Assembly: GCA_965230295.1 (NCBI GenBank)
Contig: OZ246001.1
Location: 480,001 to 544,000, forward strand
Direction of reading: 5' to 3'
Length of the DNA stretch: 64,000 nucleotides
DNA from: Marinicella sp.
Lineage (GTDB): Bacteria > Pseudomonadota > Gammaproteobacteria > Xanthomonadales > Marinicellaceae
Numbering within the stretch: position 1 is the stretch's first letter; every line of letters starts with the position of its first letter. The notes under the pieces were generated by a model that was given only the letters and a program-made list of their open reading frames with translations, did not search any database and was not told the DNA's origin. Of the stretch, positions 42,047 to 51,056 are shown piece after piece. A program made the position numbers and the translations under genes.

Positions 42047-42540
42047 TGATTCAATTTCTCCATTGTAAAATCCCACCTGACAAGGTTGAGATGTTTCTTT
42101 GCTGTTGATGTATTTTTGACTGGGACAAAGCCCATGTTTTGATAACTGATACTCGCTGCTTTGTTATCTGCATGGATATAAACGGTGCAGAGCTTCGCGG
42201 GAAACAGGCGCCGCACTTGACGCATTGCGTTCATTTGAGCCCACTTGCATACCCCTTTGTTTTGATAGGCAGGCACCACGATCATGCCTGATTCAATGCT
42301 TTCATTATGGGGGTACCAGTGCATACTTAACATGCCTGCCCGGTGCAGACCGTCAGTCGTCTCGATGATTTGATAATCCGCTGTTTGTCGTTCGATCTCT
42401 TGCAACATTTTATGGCACAATTGTGCGGCTATGTCAGGCGACACAAGGTCACCAATGTGTCGCATGATGAGCGGATCTTGATATAAATCACTGACGAATG
42501 ACTGGTCTGATTCGGCCAATCGGCGCAATTGGTATGTCAT
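42043..42540 (-). CDS. RimJ/RimL-type GNAT acyltransferase 1
   Basis: LRRLAESD....LYQDP.IMRHIG, ESGMIVVPAYQNKG, DNKAA...YQNMGF; ATGA overlap with the methyltransferase. Confidence 0.85.
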   Translation of the reverse strand: MTYQLRRLAESDQSFVSDLYQDPLIMRHIGDLVSPDIAAQLCHKMLQEIERQTADYQIIETTDGLHRAGMLSMHWYPHNESIESGMIVVPAYQNKGVCKWAQMNAMRQVRRLFPAKLCTVYIHADNKAASISYQNMGFVPVKNTSTAKKHLNLVRWDFTMEKLNQ

Positions 42541-42616
42541 GAAAATTACATTTCCTTTTGAGGTCTCAGCTAAAACAGGCTTATGTTACTATAAACCCAA
42601 AAATCTCACACAACTT

Positions 42617-43432
42617 ATGGCTCAAATATACTTAATACTTTTCACTGTGTTGCTGGCGATCATCGTCATAATGGGGTTGATAAAATGGCGCAAGCAAAGC
42701 AAAAGACGCGCCATATACCGGCTTGAAACGCCTGAAACTTGGGTGGCGTACATCATCAATAACGTGGCACTTTACTCAGTGCTGCCATCGCACCTACAAC
42801 GAGAGCTGTTGGGCCATGTGAATATTTTTCTGTCTGAAAAATATTTTTCCGGCCATGCCGGCCTGGAGGTGACTGATGAGATGCGTGTCACCATCGCTGC
42901 CCAGGCCTGTCTGCTGCTGTTGAACCGAAAAACCAATTACTACCCCCACTTAAAAACCATCCTGATTTATCCGGCTGGATTTAAAAATCCCAATCACGAG
43001 AAACCAGGCCACCATCTGGGTGAATCTTGGGTCCGGGGGCCAGTGGTGCTGTCTTGGGCAGATGCCAAACACGGTGGCAGCAACGCCAAAGATGGCAGTA
43101 ATGTGGTGATCCACGAATTTGCTCATCAATTAGATCAAGTGGATGGTGCCGGAGATGGCAGGCCAGTCATCGAGGGCAACCAACTCAGAACTTGGGGCAA
43201 AGTCATGAGCAAAGAGTTTAAAAACCTCATTGTCAAAGCCAAAATGCGCAGAAAAACATTTTTTGACCATTACGGTGCCACCAATCCAGCAGAATTTTTT
43301 GCGGTGACTTCTGAGCATTTTTTTGAGCAGCCGCATACCTTCAAACGCAAACACGCTGAACTGTATGATTTATTGATGAAATATTACCGTTTGGACCCAG
43401 CCAGTTGGACCTCCCCTATTAAACAACGTTAA
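42617..43432 (+). CDS. MtfA-like zinc peptidase (M90)
   Basis: IAAQACLLLL, GESW.RGPVVLSW, NVVIHEFAHQLD, YGATNPAEFFAV.SEHFFEQP; N-terminal TM. Confidence 0.9.
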   Translation: MAQIYLILFTVLLAIIVIMGLIKWRKQSKRRAIYRLETPETWVAYIINNVALYSVLPSHLQRELLGHVNIFLSEKYFSGHAGLEVTDEMRVTIAAQACLLLLNRKTNYYPHLKTILIYPAGFKNPNHEKPGHHLGESWVRGPVVLSWADAKHGGSNAKDGSNVVIHEFAHQLDQVDGAGDGRPVIEGNQLRTWGKVMSKEFKNLIVKAKMRRKTFFDHYGATNPAEFFAVTSEHFFEQPHTFKRKHAELYDLLMKYYRLDPASWTSPIKQR

Positions 43433-43575
43433 TTGAGTGGGTTTTGTCACAAAATGTTCACACCCAATCAGCACAATACCCGAAAAATTAAGGTTTATGA
43501 CTGAACCTATGTAACTTTTTTCAGTCTGAAGCGTTTAACCATACAAATAAAGAAACAACTAAGGCGGGAATTGCC

Positions 43576-44109
43576 ATGCAACAGCACAACATATTTTTCA
43601 ATTTTATCAAGGTGAGTTTATTCACCACCATATTATTTGGTGGCTTATTGGCCCAAAGCTATGCCACCACACTGTTCTCAAACACCATCATGAAGATGAA
43701 CATTGAGTTCAGTACCACCGATGCCAAAAACAGCATCACCCAAAAAGCATCCATGACCGTCCACAATGATCAAGAGTCAAGCATCGCATTTGGCGACCAT
43801 CAGTTGGACATCAAAACCAAATTCATCAGCTGGGAAGAAAATGCCGCTGAACACGAACAGGTTTTTGCAGAAATTTTGGTCCAGAAACTGAATGAAGCGG
43901 GTGAATACCAAGTGATCTATGAACCTTCTTTGTTGATCTTACGCAATGAGTGGGCTGAACTCAAAATCAATTCTGAAGATGGCGAAGAAAGCTTTGAGCT
44001 CAAAATGCAGTATGAAGACTTCAAGTCTGAAAAAGACGACAATGCCTTCTTACAAGAACCTGAGTGGTTGAATTGGACAGAAAAAACAGCTGACGCAGAG
44101 GTTTGCTGA
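43576..44109 (+). CDS. Secreted hypothetical protein
   Basis: Signal-peptide-like N-terminus, acidic beta-rich body. Confidence 0.7.
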   Translation: MQQHNIFFNFIKVSLFTTILFGGLLAQSYATTLFSNTIMKMNIEFSTTDAKNSITQKASMTVHNDQESSIAFGDHQLDIKTKFISWEENAAEHEQVFAEILVQKLNEAGEYQVIYEPSLLILRNEWAELKINSEDGEESFELKMQYEDFKSEKDDNAFLQEPEWLNWTEKTADAEVC

Positions 44110-44379
44110 TTAAGCAATGACAGTTTTTCCTAAACTCCAAATAAACAGCATGGTTCAAGGATGAACGTGCTGTTAAATTCAATTCATAACAACCAACTCA
44201 ATCACCCTTTACAAGTTCATTTCTTGATACCTTGACTTGTTCCATCGACCCTTCCAAAACACCATCAATAAGCTGATTCATTTGGCGCATTTCGGCTTCG
44301 TTCATTGAAAAGTTGACTCCATCGGAAAGCTTGCTGAGCAGCTTGACCCGCCGAGCCGGTTAGGCAAATCATGCAATCT

Positions 44380-44830
44380 TGGCGATTTTGCAAAGCAAAG
44401 AAGCCTTGATGTAATGATTGATTAGCCGTGAGCTTTTGTTATAGCGGCCGCTATCGCTCCTGGCTATCGCGGCAGACCTACATCCGTGTAGTCACCTCTG
44501 ATACCGGCATCCTGCCTCCTCAGAGGACTTACTTCCATGTAAGCCAATCAGAGGCGAAGAGAATAGCCAATGAGCATATGGCGATTTGACGAAGTCAAGA
44601 AGCCTTATGTGAATGGCGTTATAGCACAGGTAATGAAAGTTGGGCGGTTTTATCGAAGATAAAGAAGCCCGATTTGAATACCGCAGTGCGTGCGAGGTAG
44701 CAAGTCATGTTCGCCTCGGCAGCTACCGCATCGATCCCCAGGACGGGGTGAATGCAGAGAATTGTTGGGAACAATTCCTGCCTGCTATCGCTGCATACTT
44801 ACATCCATGTAAGCAGTCGCATTCACTTTT
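44380..44830. repeat. Mosaic of structured repeats and GGA-loop hairpins (possible Csr/Rsm-type ncRNA or REP mosaic)
   Basis: Three GGCG..TT(stem)AAGAAGCC units and four hairpins reading ACA[TC]GGA[TA]GT or GCAGGATGC on the minus strand. Confidence 0.55.
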
Positions 44831-45030
44831 GTTAGGAACAGACATGCAGTGCGAAGCAACTGCTCAGACAATAGTCTGTAAAGGTCGGTTTATTTGCGCA
44901 GCAAATATGAAGACCTGTCAGACCATGAACCAGAATGAAGCCCCAAGAACATTCTTTATCTTTGACAAAAACAACACGCTTTTCGGTGTTTCTGAATAAT
45001 TGTCCACTGCCTTTCCTGATAACTTTAATG

Positions 45031-46416
45031 TCACTCACTGTCCACCACCTTACCTCTGTTCAACACCCCATTGGGATCGAACACCTGTTTCACTTGTTGC
45101 ATCAATTTGATTTCTGCTATTGACTTTGAATAAGGCAAAAAGGGCTTTTTGATCAATCCAACGCCATGTTCAGCAGAAATACTGCCACTGAATGCTTTGA
45201 TCAAACCATAAACATGTTCGTTAACGGCTTCACATTGTTGTTTGAATTCAGTGGTGTCCATGACTTCAGGTTTCAGGATGTTGAGGTGCAAATTACCATC
45301 ACCAATGTGGCCAAACCATATGGTTTCGAAATCCGGGTATTCAGCAACCAACACATCTTCCAACTGTTGCATGAAGGCTGGCACTTGGGAAATTTTCACA
45401 GAGATGTCGTTCTTATAAGGCGTGAAATGTGCAATCGACTCAGAAATACCTTCACGGTACTGCCACAACTGTTGCGCTTGATCGATGCTTTGGGCAATGA
45501 TGCCATCGGCAACCCATTCATGTTCCATGCCTGCTTCAAAAACCTCCATAGCCGCCTCTTCATTCTCATCAAACTCCAACAGCACATAAAAGGGATGCAT
45601 GTCTTCAAATGGATTGTCAAAACCACGGTGGGCCATAACACGTTTCAATGATCGGTCTGAAAAGAATTCAAATGAAGACAAGGTCAGTGATTTTCGCGCC
45701 AAAGCAAACACCGACATGACCGCTTCCAGTGAAGACAAGGCCAACAACATCACCGATTGGTTTGGTGGGGTATCGATCAACTTGATCTCGGCTTCCACCA
45801 CCACGCCTAATATTCCTTCAGAGCCTATAAACAAATGTCTGAAGTCCAAACCACTGGCATTTTTCACCAATCCCTGGTTCAGGTGCAGTATTTCTCCAGT
45901 CCCGGTAACCACCGTTAAACCCAACACATAATCGCGGGTTAAACCATACCTGAGCACTCGGATGCCACCGGCGTTGGTGGCTATATTCCCAGCAATGTGA
46001 CTGGAACCCGATGAGGCAAAGTCAACCGGATAAAACAAACCTTGTTCTTCGGCAAACTGTTGCAATTGCTCAGTGATCACACCAGCACCCACTTTAACGG
46101 TTTGATCGATTGGGTTAAAGTCACTGATTTCATTGAACCTGACCATGGAGATGACCCATTCTCCCTGGGTGGCCACTGCCCCGGCACTGTATCCTGTTCT
46201 GCCACCAGAAGGAATCACCACTTGCTGGTTTTGATTCGCCACTTGAATGATTTTCTGCACTTCTTCAACGTTATTCGGAAAAAATATAACCGCTGCATTG
46301 GGTTGGTGAAACCGGGTCCAGTCCTGGCCAAATTGTTCCAGGTCATGGGCTTGGGTTGACCAAGCCAAACCAGGCAACTCCGATTCAAGTAAAGAAGACA
46401 GTTTATCTGCTTGCAT
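45031..46416 (-). CDS. FAD-binding oxidoreductase, D-2-hydroxyglutarate dehydrogenase-like
   Basis: PSGGRTG.S.G, GNIATNAGG, IGSEG.LG, FGHIGDGNLH, SAEHGVG, FDPNG.LN.GK; divergent from serA. Confidence 0.85.
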   Translation of the reverse strand: MQADKLSSLLESELPGLAWSTQAHDLEQFGQDWTRFHQPNAAVIFFPNNVEEVQKIIQVANQNQQVVIPSGGRTGYSAGAVATQGEWVISMVRFNEISDFNPIDQTVKVGAGVITEQLQQFAEEQGLFYPVDFASSGSSHIAGNIATNAGGIRVLRYGLTRDYVLGLTVVTGTGEILHLNQGLVKNASGLDFRHLFIGSEGILGVVVEAEIKLIDTPPNQSVMLLALSSLEAVMSVFALARKSLTLSSFEFFSDRSLKRVMAHRGFDNPFEDMHPFYVLLEFDENEEAAMEVFEAGMEHEWVADGIIAQSIDQAQQLWQYREGISESIAHFTPYKNDISVKISQVPAFMQQLEDVLVAEYPDFETIWFGHIGDGNLHLNILKPEVMDTTEFKQQCEAVNEHVYGLIKAFSGSISAEHGVGLIKKPFLPYSKSIAEIKLMQQVKQVFDPNGVLNRGKVVDSE

Positions 46417-46471
46417 ATCTGTTAAAATCCTGTTTTTGTAACTAAACGATCGTTTGAAAAACGCACAGAAT

Positions 46472-47704
46472 ATGACCAAATTATCCCTAAGTAAAGAAAA
46501 AATCAAAGTTGTTTTACTGGAAGGCGTTCATCCAGACGCCGAAAAGCTGTTTCGCGCCGATGGCTACGATAATATCCACGTCTATAACAGCACCCCCAAT
46601 GATGAAGCGTTAAGTGAAATTCTCAGTGATACCCACATCTTAGGCATTCGATCCCGCACCCAATTAAAAGGGCAGAATTTGGCTGCTTGTGAAAAACTGA
46701 TGGCGGTAGGAACATTCTGTATTGGCACCAATCAGGTGGATTTGGACAACTGTAAAACCCAAGGCATCCCGGTGTTCAACGCACCTTTTTCAAACACCCG
46801 CAGTGTGGCTGAACTGGTGATGGCTGAAATCATTTTGTTGTTGCGCGGTATTCCTGAAAAAAATGCCAAAGCACACCGGGGAGAATGGTTTAAATCAGCC
46901 TTACACTCCAATGAAACCAGAGGCAAGACCTTAGGGATTGTTGGTTTTGGTCATATAGGGTCACAATTGTGTATTTTGGCCGAAGCCATGGGCATGAAGG
47001 TCAAATATTATGACATTGAAAATAAATTGCCTTTAGGAAACAGCGAAGCGGTGGCTTCCTTGCATGAATTACTTCCACAAGTAGATGTGTTGTCATTGCA
47101 TGTTCCTGACACCGAGTTAACCCAGCAAATGATTGGGGCCAAAGAACTGGCTTTACTACCCAAAGGCTCGTTCCTGGTCAATGCCGCTCGTGGTCACATT
47201 GTGGTGATTGAAGATTTGGTGGCCAGCCTTGAGGCAAAACACCTCAACGGCGCGGCCATAGATGTCTTTCCAGAAGAGCCAGCCAGCAACAACCACCCTT
47301 TCGAATCACCCTTGTTGAAATTTGACAACGTGATATTGACACCCCATATCGGTGGCAGCACCCAAGAAGCGCAAGTCAACATCGCCAATGAAGTCGCTGA
47401 TAAACTGATTAAATATTCAAACAATGGATCCACTTCTTCAGCAGTCAATTTCCCGGAAGTTTCATTGCCGGCATTACACCCCGACTTAACCCGGGTGATG
47501 CACATCCATGAAAACAAACCTGGCATGCTGGAACAAATCAACCATGCTTTTTCCAGCCAGAAAATCAACATCGCTGCCATGTATTTACAAACATCCGGCG
47601 AAGTGGGCTATGTCATCATGGACGTCAACTGTGAATCATCTGATCCCATTGTTAACCAACTTAAAGACATTGAAGGAACCGTTCGTGTCAGGGTGTTACA
47701 TTAA
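46472..47704 (+). CDS. serA: D-3-phosphoglycerate dehydrogenase
   Basis: GIRSRT, FCIGTNQVDL, NAPFSNTRSVAE, GFGHIG, TPHIGGST.EAQ, C-terminal ACT domain. Confidence 0.96.
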   Translation: MTKLSLSKEKIKVVLLEGVHPDAEKLFRADGYDNIHVYNSTPNDEALSEILSDTHILGIRSRTQLKGQNLAACEKLMAVGTFCIGTNQVDLDNCKTQGIPVFNAPFSNTRSVAELVMAEIILLLRGIPEKNAKAHRGEWFKSALHSNETRGKTLGIVGFGHIGSQLCILAEAMGMKVKYYDIENKLPLGNSEAVASLHELLPQVDVLSLHVPDTELTQQMIGAKELALLPKGSFLVNAARGHIVVIEDLVASLEAKHLNGAAIDVFPEEPASNNHPFESPLLKFDNVILTPHIGGSTQEAQVNIANEVADKLIKYSNNGSTSSAVNFPEVSLPALHPDLTRVMHIHENKPGMLEQINHAFSSQKINIAAMYLQTSGEVGYVIMDVNCESSDPIVNQLKDIEGTVRVRVLH

Positions 47705-47724
47705 TCAAAAAACTGAGCAAACAC

Positions 47725-49488
47725 ATGAAAAAACAAGCTTTAATTATCTTCGTCCTCATTATGGTCAGCCAGAACCTGTGGGCCAACCGCACCAGCAATA
47801 AACTGCATCGTATACTCAACGAAATAGAAAACATCAAAGCTGAATTAAGCCCTCAATTAGCCAGCTACCTGGGCGATGAGTCCAAAGCAGGTCAATTGGA
47901 TGATGCATCAGCTGCAGCAGTCCTATTACAAAATGAAAAAATCCAACCTGTTCTGGACAAGTTGAACCGGTTGAACCCTGAAAAATTGGACTTTCAGGAT
48001 CAGATATCGTTACAAATTCAAAAAGCCTTCTTACAGGACACTTTGGCCGACAACTTGTTCAAAGAATATGAAATGCCCATCACCGCAGAGGGCTCATTTC
48101 ATGTGCAATTGGCCACCATGCACCGTTATTCTGCCTTTCAGAAAGCGCAAGACTTTGAGAATCATTTAAGTAAAATGAAACAAGTGGCACGGGTTATGGA
48201 ACAACACATCACCAACATGCGTGCTGGCTTGAAACGCGGCTTTACCCAACCACAAGTGATCATCCAACACTATCCGGAATTCATCCAAACTTACATCAAG
48301 GATAACCCTGAAGAGTCTAACTTTTATCAACCCTTTTTGAAAAAGCCAAAACATCTGGATGCCAATCAATTTGCCGATTTACAAAAACAAGCCAAACAAA
48401 TCATCTCTGATTCCATCAACCCCAGCTACCGGAAATTCAAAACTTTCATGGTTGATGAATACATTCCTGGTGCCAGAACCACCATTGGAGCCTATAGCTT
48501 CCCAGATGGTAAAGCATACTACCAACAACAAATCAAAGAGTACACCACATTAGAATTAACGGCAGAAGAAATCCATCAGATTGGCCGACAAGAGGTTAAA
48601 CGCATACGGGCTGAAATGGAAACCATCATTGCCGATCTGGAATTTGATGGCAGTTTTGCTGATTTTCTCGAGTTTCTCAGGACCGACCCTCAATTTTATG
48701 CCACCTCACCAGAACAACTTTTGAAAGAAGCCAGAGACATTTCAAAACGCATGGATGGCGTGTTGCCACAATTGTTCACCCGTTTACCCAGACAACCCTA
48801 TGCAGTCAATCCGGTACCTGCTGGCATTGCGCCCAATTACACCACTGGCCGTTATGTCCCTGCACCACTGGAATCCACCAGACCAGGACAATATTGGGTC
48901 AACACCTATGCTTTGGACAAAAGACCCTTATACAACCTAGAAGCGCTGACATTTCACGAAGCCGTTCCTGGGCATCACCTCCAAGGGGCCTTGACCAAAG
49001 AATTGTCAGACCTGCCTAAATTCAGACAAAACAGCTACATCTCGGCTTTTGGGGAAGGATGGGGTTTGTATTGCGAAAAACTCGCCAAAGAGGTCGGCTT
49101 TTACCAAGACCCTTACTCTGATTTTGGCCGCCTGACTTATGAAATGTGGCGCGCCATGAGATTGGTGGTGGACACCGGGATGCATGCCATGGGCATGAGC
49201 CGGGATGAAGCCATCAAACTGATGGAAGACAATACAGCCTTATCAAAACACAATGTTCGTACAGAAATCGACCGCTATATAGCATGGCCAGCCCAAGCCC
49301 TGTCTTACAAATTGGGTGAAATAAAAATCTGGGAATTGCGACACAAGGCAGAACAAGCCTTGGGTGCAGATTTTGACATCAGAACCTTCCACGACACGGT
49401 CTTAGGCAGTGGTTCAGTGCCCTTGAATGTGCTGGAACAAATCGTGGATCGGTACATCAGTGAGATCCAAGCAGGAAATAAAAAATAG
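47725..49488 (+). CDS. DUF885 family exported protein
   Basis: HEAVPGHHLQ, AFGEGWGLY.E, WRAMRLVVDTGMH, PAQALSYKLGE. Confidence 0.9.
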   Translation: MKKQALIIFVLIMVSQNLWANRTSNKLHRILNEIENIKAELSPQLASYLGDESKAGQLDDASAAAVLLQNEKIQPVLDKLNRLNPEKLDFQDQISLQIQKAFLQDTLADNLFKEYEMPITAEGSFHVQLATMHRYSAFQKAQDFENHLSKMKQVARVMEQHITNMRAGLKRGFTQPQVIIQHYPEFIQTYIKDNPEESNFYQPFLKKPKHLDANQFADLQKQAKQIISDSINPSYRKFKTFMVDEYIPGARTTIGAYSFPDGKAYYQQQIKEYTTLELTAEEIHQIGRQEVKRIRAEMETIIADLEFDGSFADFLEFLRTDPQFYATSPEQLLKEARDISKRMDGVLPQLFTRLPRQPYAVNPVPAGIAPNYTTGRYVPAPLESTRPGQYWVNTYALDKRPLYNLEALTFHEAVPGHHLQGALTKELSDLPKFRQNSYISAFGEGWGLYCEKLAKEVGFYQDPYSDFGRLTYEMWRAMRLVVDTGMHAMGMSRDEAIKLMEDNTALSKHNVRTEIDRYIAWPAQALSYKLGEIKIWELRHKAEQALGADFDIRTFHDTVLGSGSVPLNVLEQIVDRYISEIQAGNKK

Positions 49489-49504
49489 TAAAGCAAGTGA
49501 ATAT

Positions 49505-49530
49505 TGCCTGGGTTTTGCTCAACCCAGGCA
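49505..49530. terminator. Hairpin/terminator between convergent genes
   Basis: TGCCTGGGTT-TTGCTC-AACCCAGGCA, perfect 10-bp stem. Confidence 0.65.
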
Positions 49531-49558
49531 TAGACTGATCAATAATTAGCCAGAGTGA

Positions 49559-51049
49559 TCACTGTTTGTTTTCAAATGAAGAATTAAACAAAATATCAGG
49601 CAAGTTGGTGACTGTACCTATACCAATCACATCTGAGGCCGGTAATTTACTGGCAGCAAGTACTGATTCGGGTAATTCAATCAACGTGAGGGTACCACCA
49701 GAAATTTCATTGGTCACTGCATTCAGAGTGGCTTCCTCCAGTTCAACTTCAGCACCCAGAACAACGGTATTAAAAAAGTCCACCGCGGTGATTACTTGTC
49801 CGTTTAAACCAACAAACTGAGTTCCAGTGGTGTCTACCGAAACACCAAAAATTTCAATGATCGACGATCCAATCTGGGTTACAAACCCAGTCAAACTGAC
49901 GTCATCGAAGTCCACATTGCCACTTTGATTCAAGCGGGTGATGTACAACTCACCAGACCCGTAATCATAACCCCTGAATCTGATTTGTGTGGTTTGGCTG
50001 ATGCCCATTCCCAAGATGTCATCAGGGTCTGTTGTTTGCGGTGTGGTTGTTAAAGTCACCCCAGCTACATTGAACTGGTTGCCTACCAAATCAGCAGGTT
50101 CTACCGGTAAAGTCAGGTTCATCCTGGGTTCTATAAACCTGATCTTGTCCGCAGTGATGTCTCCTGTTACCAAGTCAGCCAAACCTTCTACTTCAACTTT
50201 GACGCCTGTTTGGATGTCATCTGCTCGCCCTCTGATGTATTTAGTTGTTTGGGTCACATGAACATCCTGTCCAGCCAATATAAAATCCCCACCTGATAAC
50301 AATGCATCAATAAACCCGTCACTGATGACAGTGTCATCGGCCGCCTGTGGAACCACTGCATCATCAATACATCTGATGACAGTGACTGAATTGACCGGGT
50401 CTCCCAATCCAAAACCTGGAACTGTTGAAGCCATGACTTCAACCAGACTCCCATTAACCAGAGGTCCGTTGCAATCTTCGAAAGCAGGTGCTGAATAAAT
50501 GATCAATTGGTTATTGATGCTGAATTGGTTACCTGTAAACGAATCTACATATCCAGTCAGTTTCCACTCGGATAATTGATCCACTTTCTCCACCCGAGTC
50601 ATCAAAACATTAGAAAAAGAGTCGACAAAACCACTGACCATGACCTCATCACCCAGCTCAATATCATCTGTTGTAAGACCATCCGTAAAAAAAGTCCTGC
50701 CGGTGGTTAATGAATCGACATTGAACACTTTCAAAGGGTTGGTTGAAACCACAGGTCCTTTATAAACATTGATCAAATTAATTTCTTCCAAAGTGCCTTG
50801 TGTGACATTGGGGTCGACATCGAATGCCTTGTACCTGATCTTAAATCCGGTGCCGCCTTGTGCCCTTGTATCAGGAACCACTACTCCATCCTCTTTGTAA
50901 ACGGTGTCTTCATCTGCTTCAAAAATACGGATGTTGTTTATTTTAAAACCAGTGCCCCCTTGCGCCCTGATTTCATCAGTTATGGTCTCACCTGCAGATG
51001 CAGTGGCGAAACAAAAAAATAGGAGTAAATTATAAATAGTTTTTTTCAT
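49559..51049 (-). CDS. Secreted DUF5666-repeat protein with C-terminal DILFNSSFE tag
   Basis: Signal peptide; repeated units (G..VEV.G...I.A..I); RAQGGTGFKI twice; start at 51049. Confidence 0.75.
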   Translation of the reverse strand: MKKTIYNLLLFFCFATASAGETITDEIRAQGGTGFKINNIRIFEADEDTVYKEDGVVVPDTRAQGGTGFKIRYKAFDVDPNVTQGTLEEINLINVYKGPVVSTNPLKVFNVDSLTTGRTFFTDGLTTDDIELGDEVMVSGFVDSFSNVLMTRVEKVDQLSEWKLTGYVDSFTGNQFSINNQLIIYSAPAFEDCNGPLVNGSLVEVMASTVPGFGLGDPVNSVTVIRCIDDAVVPQAADDTVISDGFIDALLSGGDFILAGQDVHVTQTTKYIRGRADDIQTGVKVEVEGLADLVTGDITADKIRFIEPRMNLTLPVEPADLVGNQFNVAGVTLTTTPQTTDPDDILGMGISQTTQIRFRGYDYGSGELYITRLNQSGNVDFDDVSLTGFVTQIGSSIIEIFGVSVDTTGTQFVGLNGQVITAVDFFNTVVLGAEVELEEATLNAVTNEISGGTLTLIELPESVLAASKLPASDVIGIGTVTNLPDILFNSSFENKQ

Positions 51050-51056
51050 GATTTGC

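Noticed and set aside
44180-44840. Integron attC sites (GTTAGGC at about 44359, GTTATAG, GTTAGGA)
   Set aside because: Could not pair these with matching inverse core sites; no integrase or cassette ORFs. IntegronFinder would settle it.
44640-44999. 119-aa ORF in the track
   Set aside because: TTG start, Cys-rich atypical composition, runs through repeat hairpins; likely spurious.
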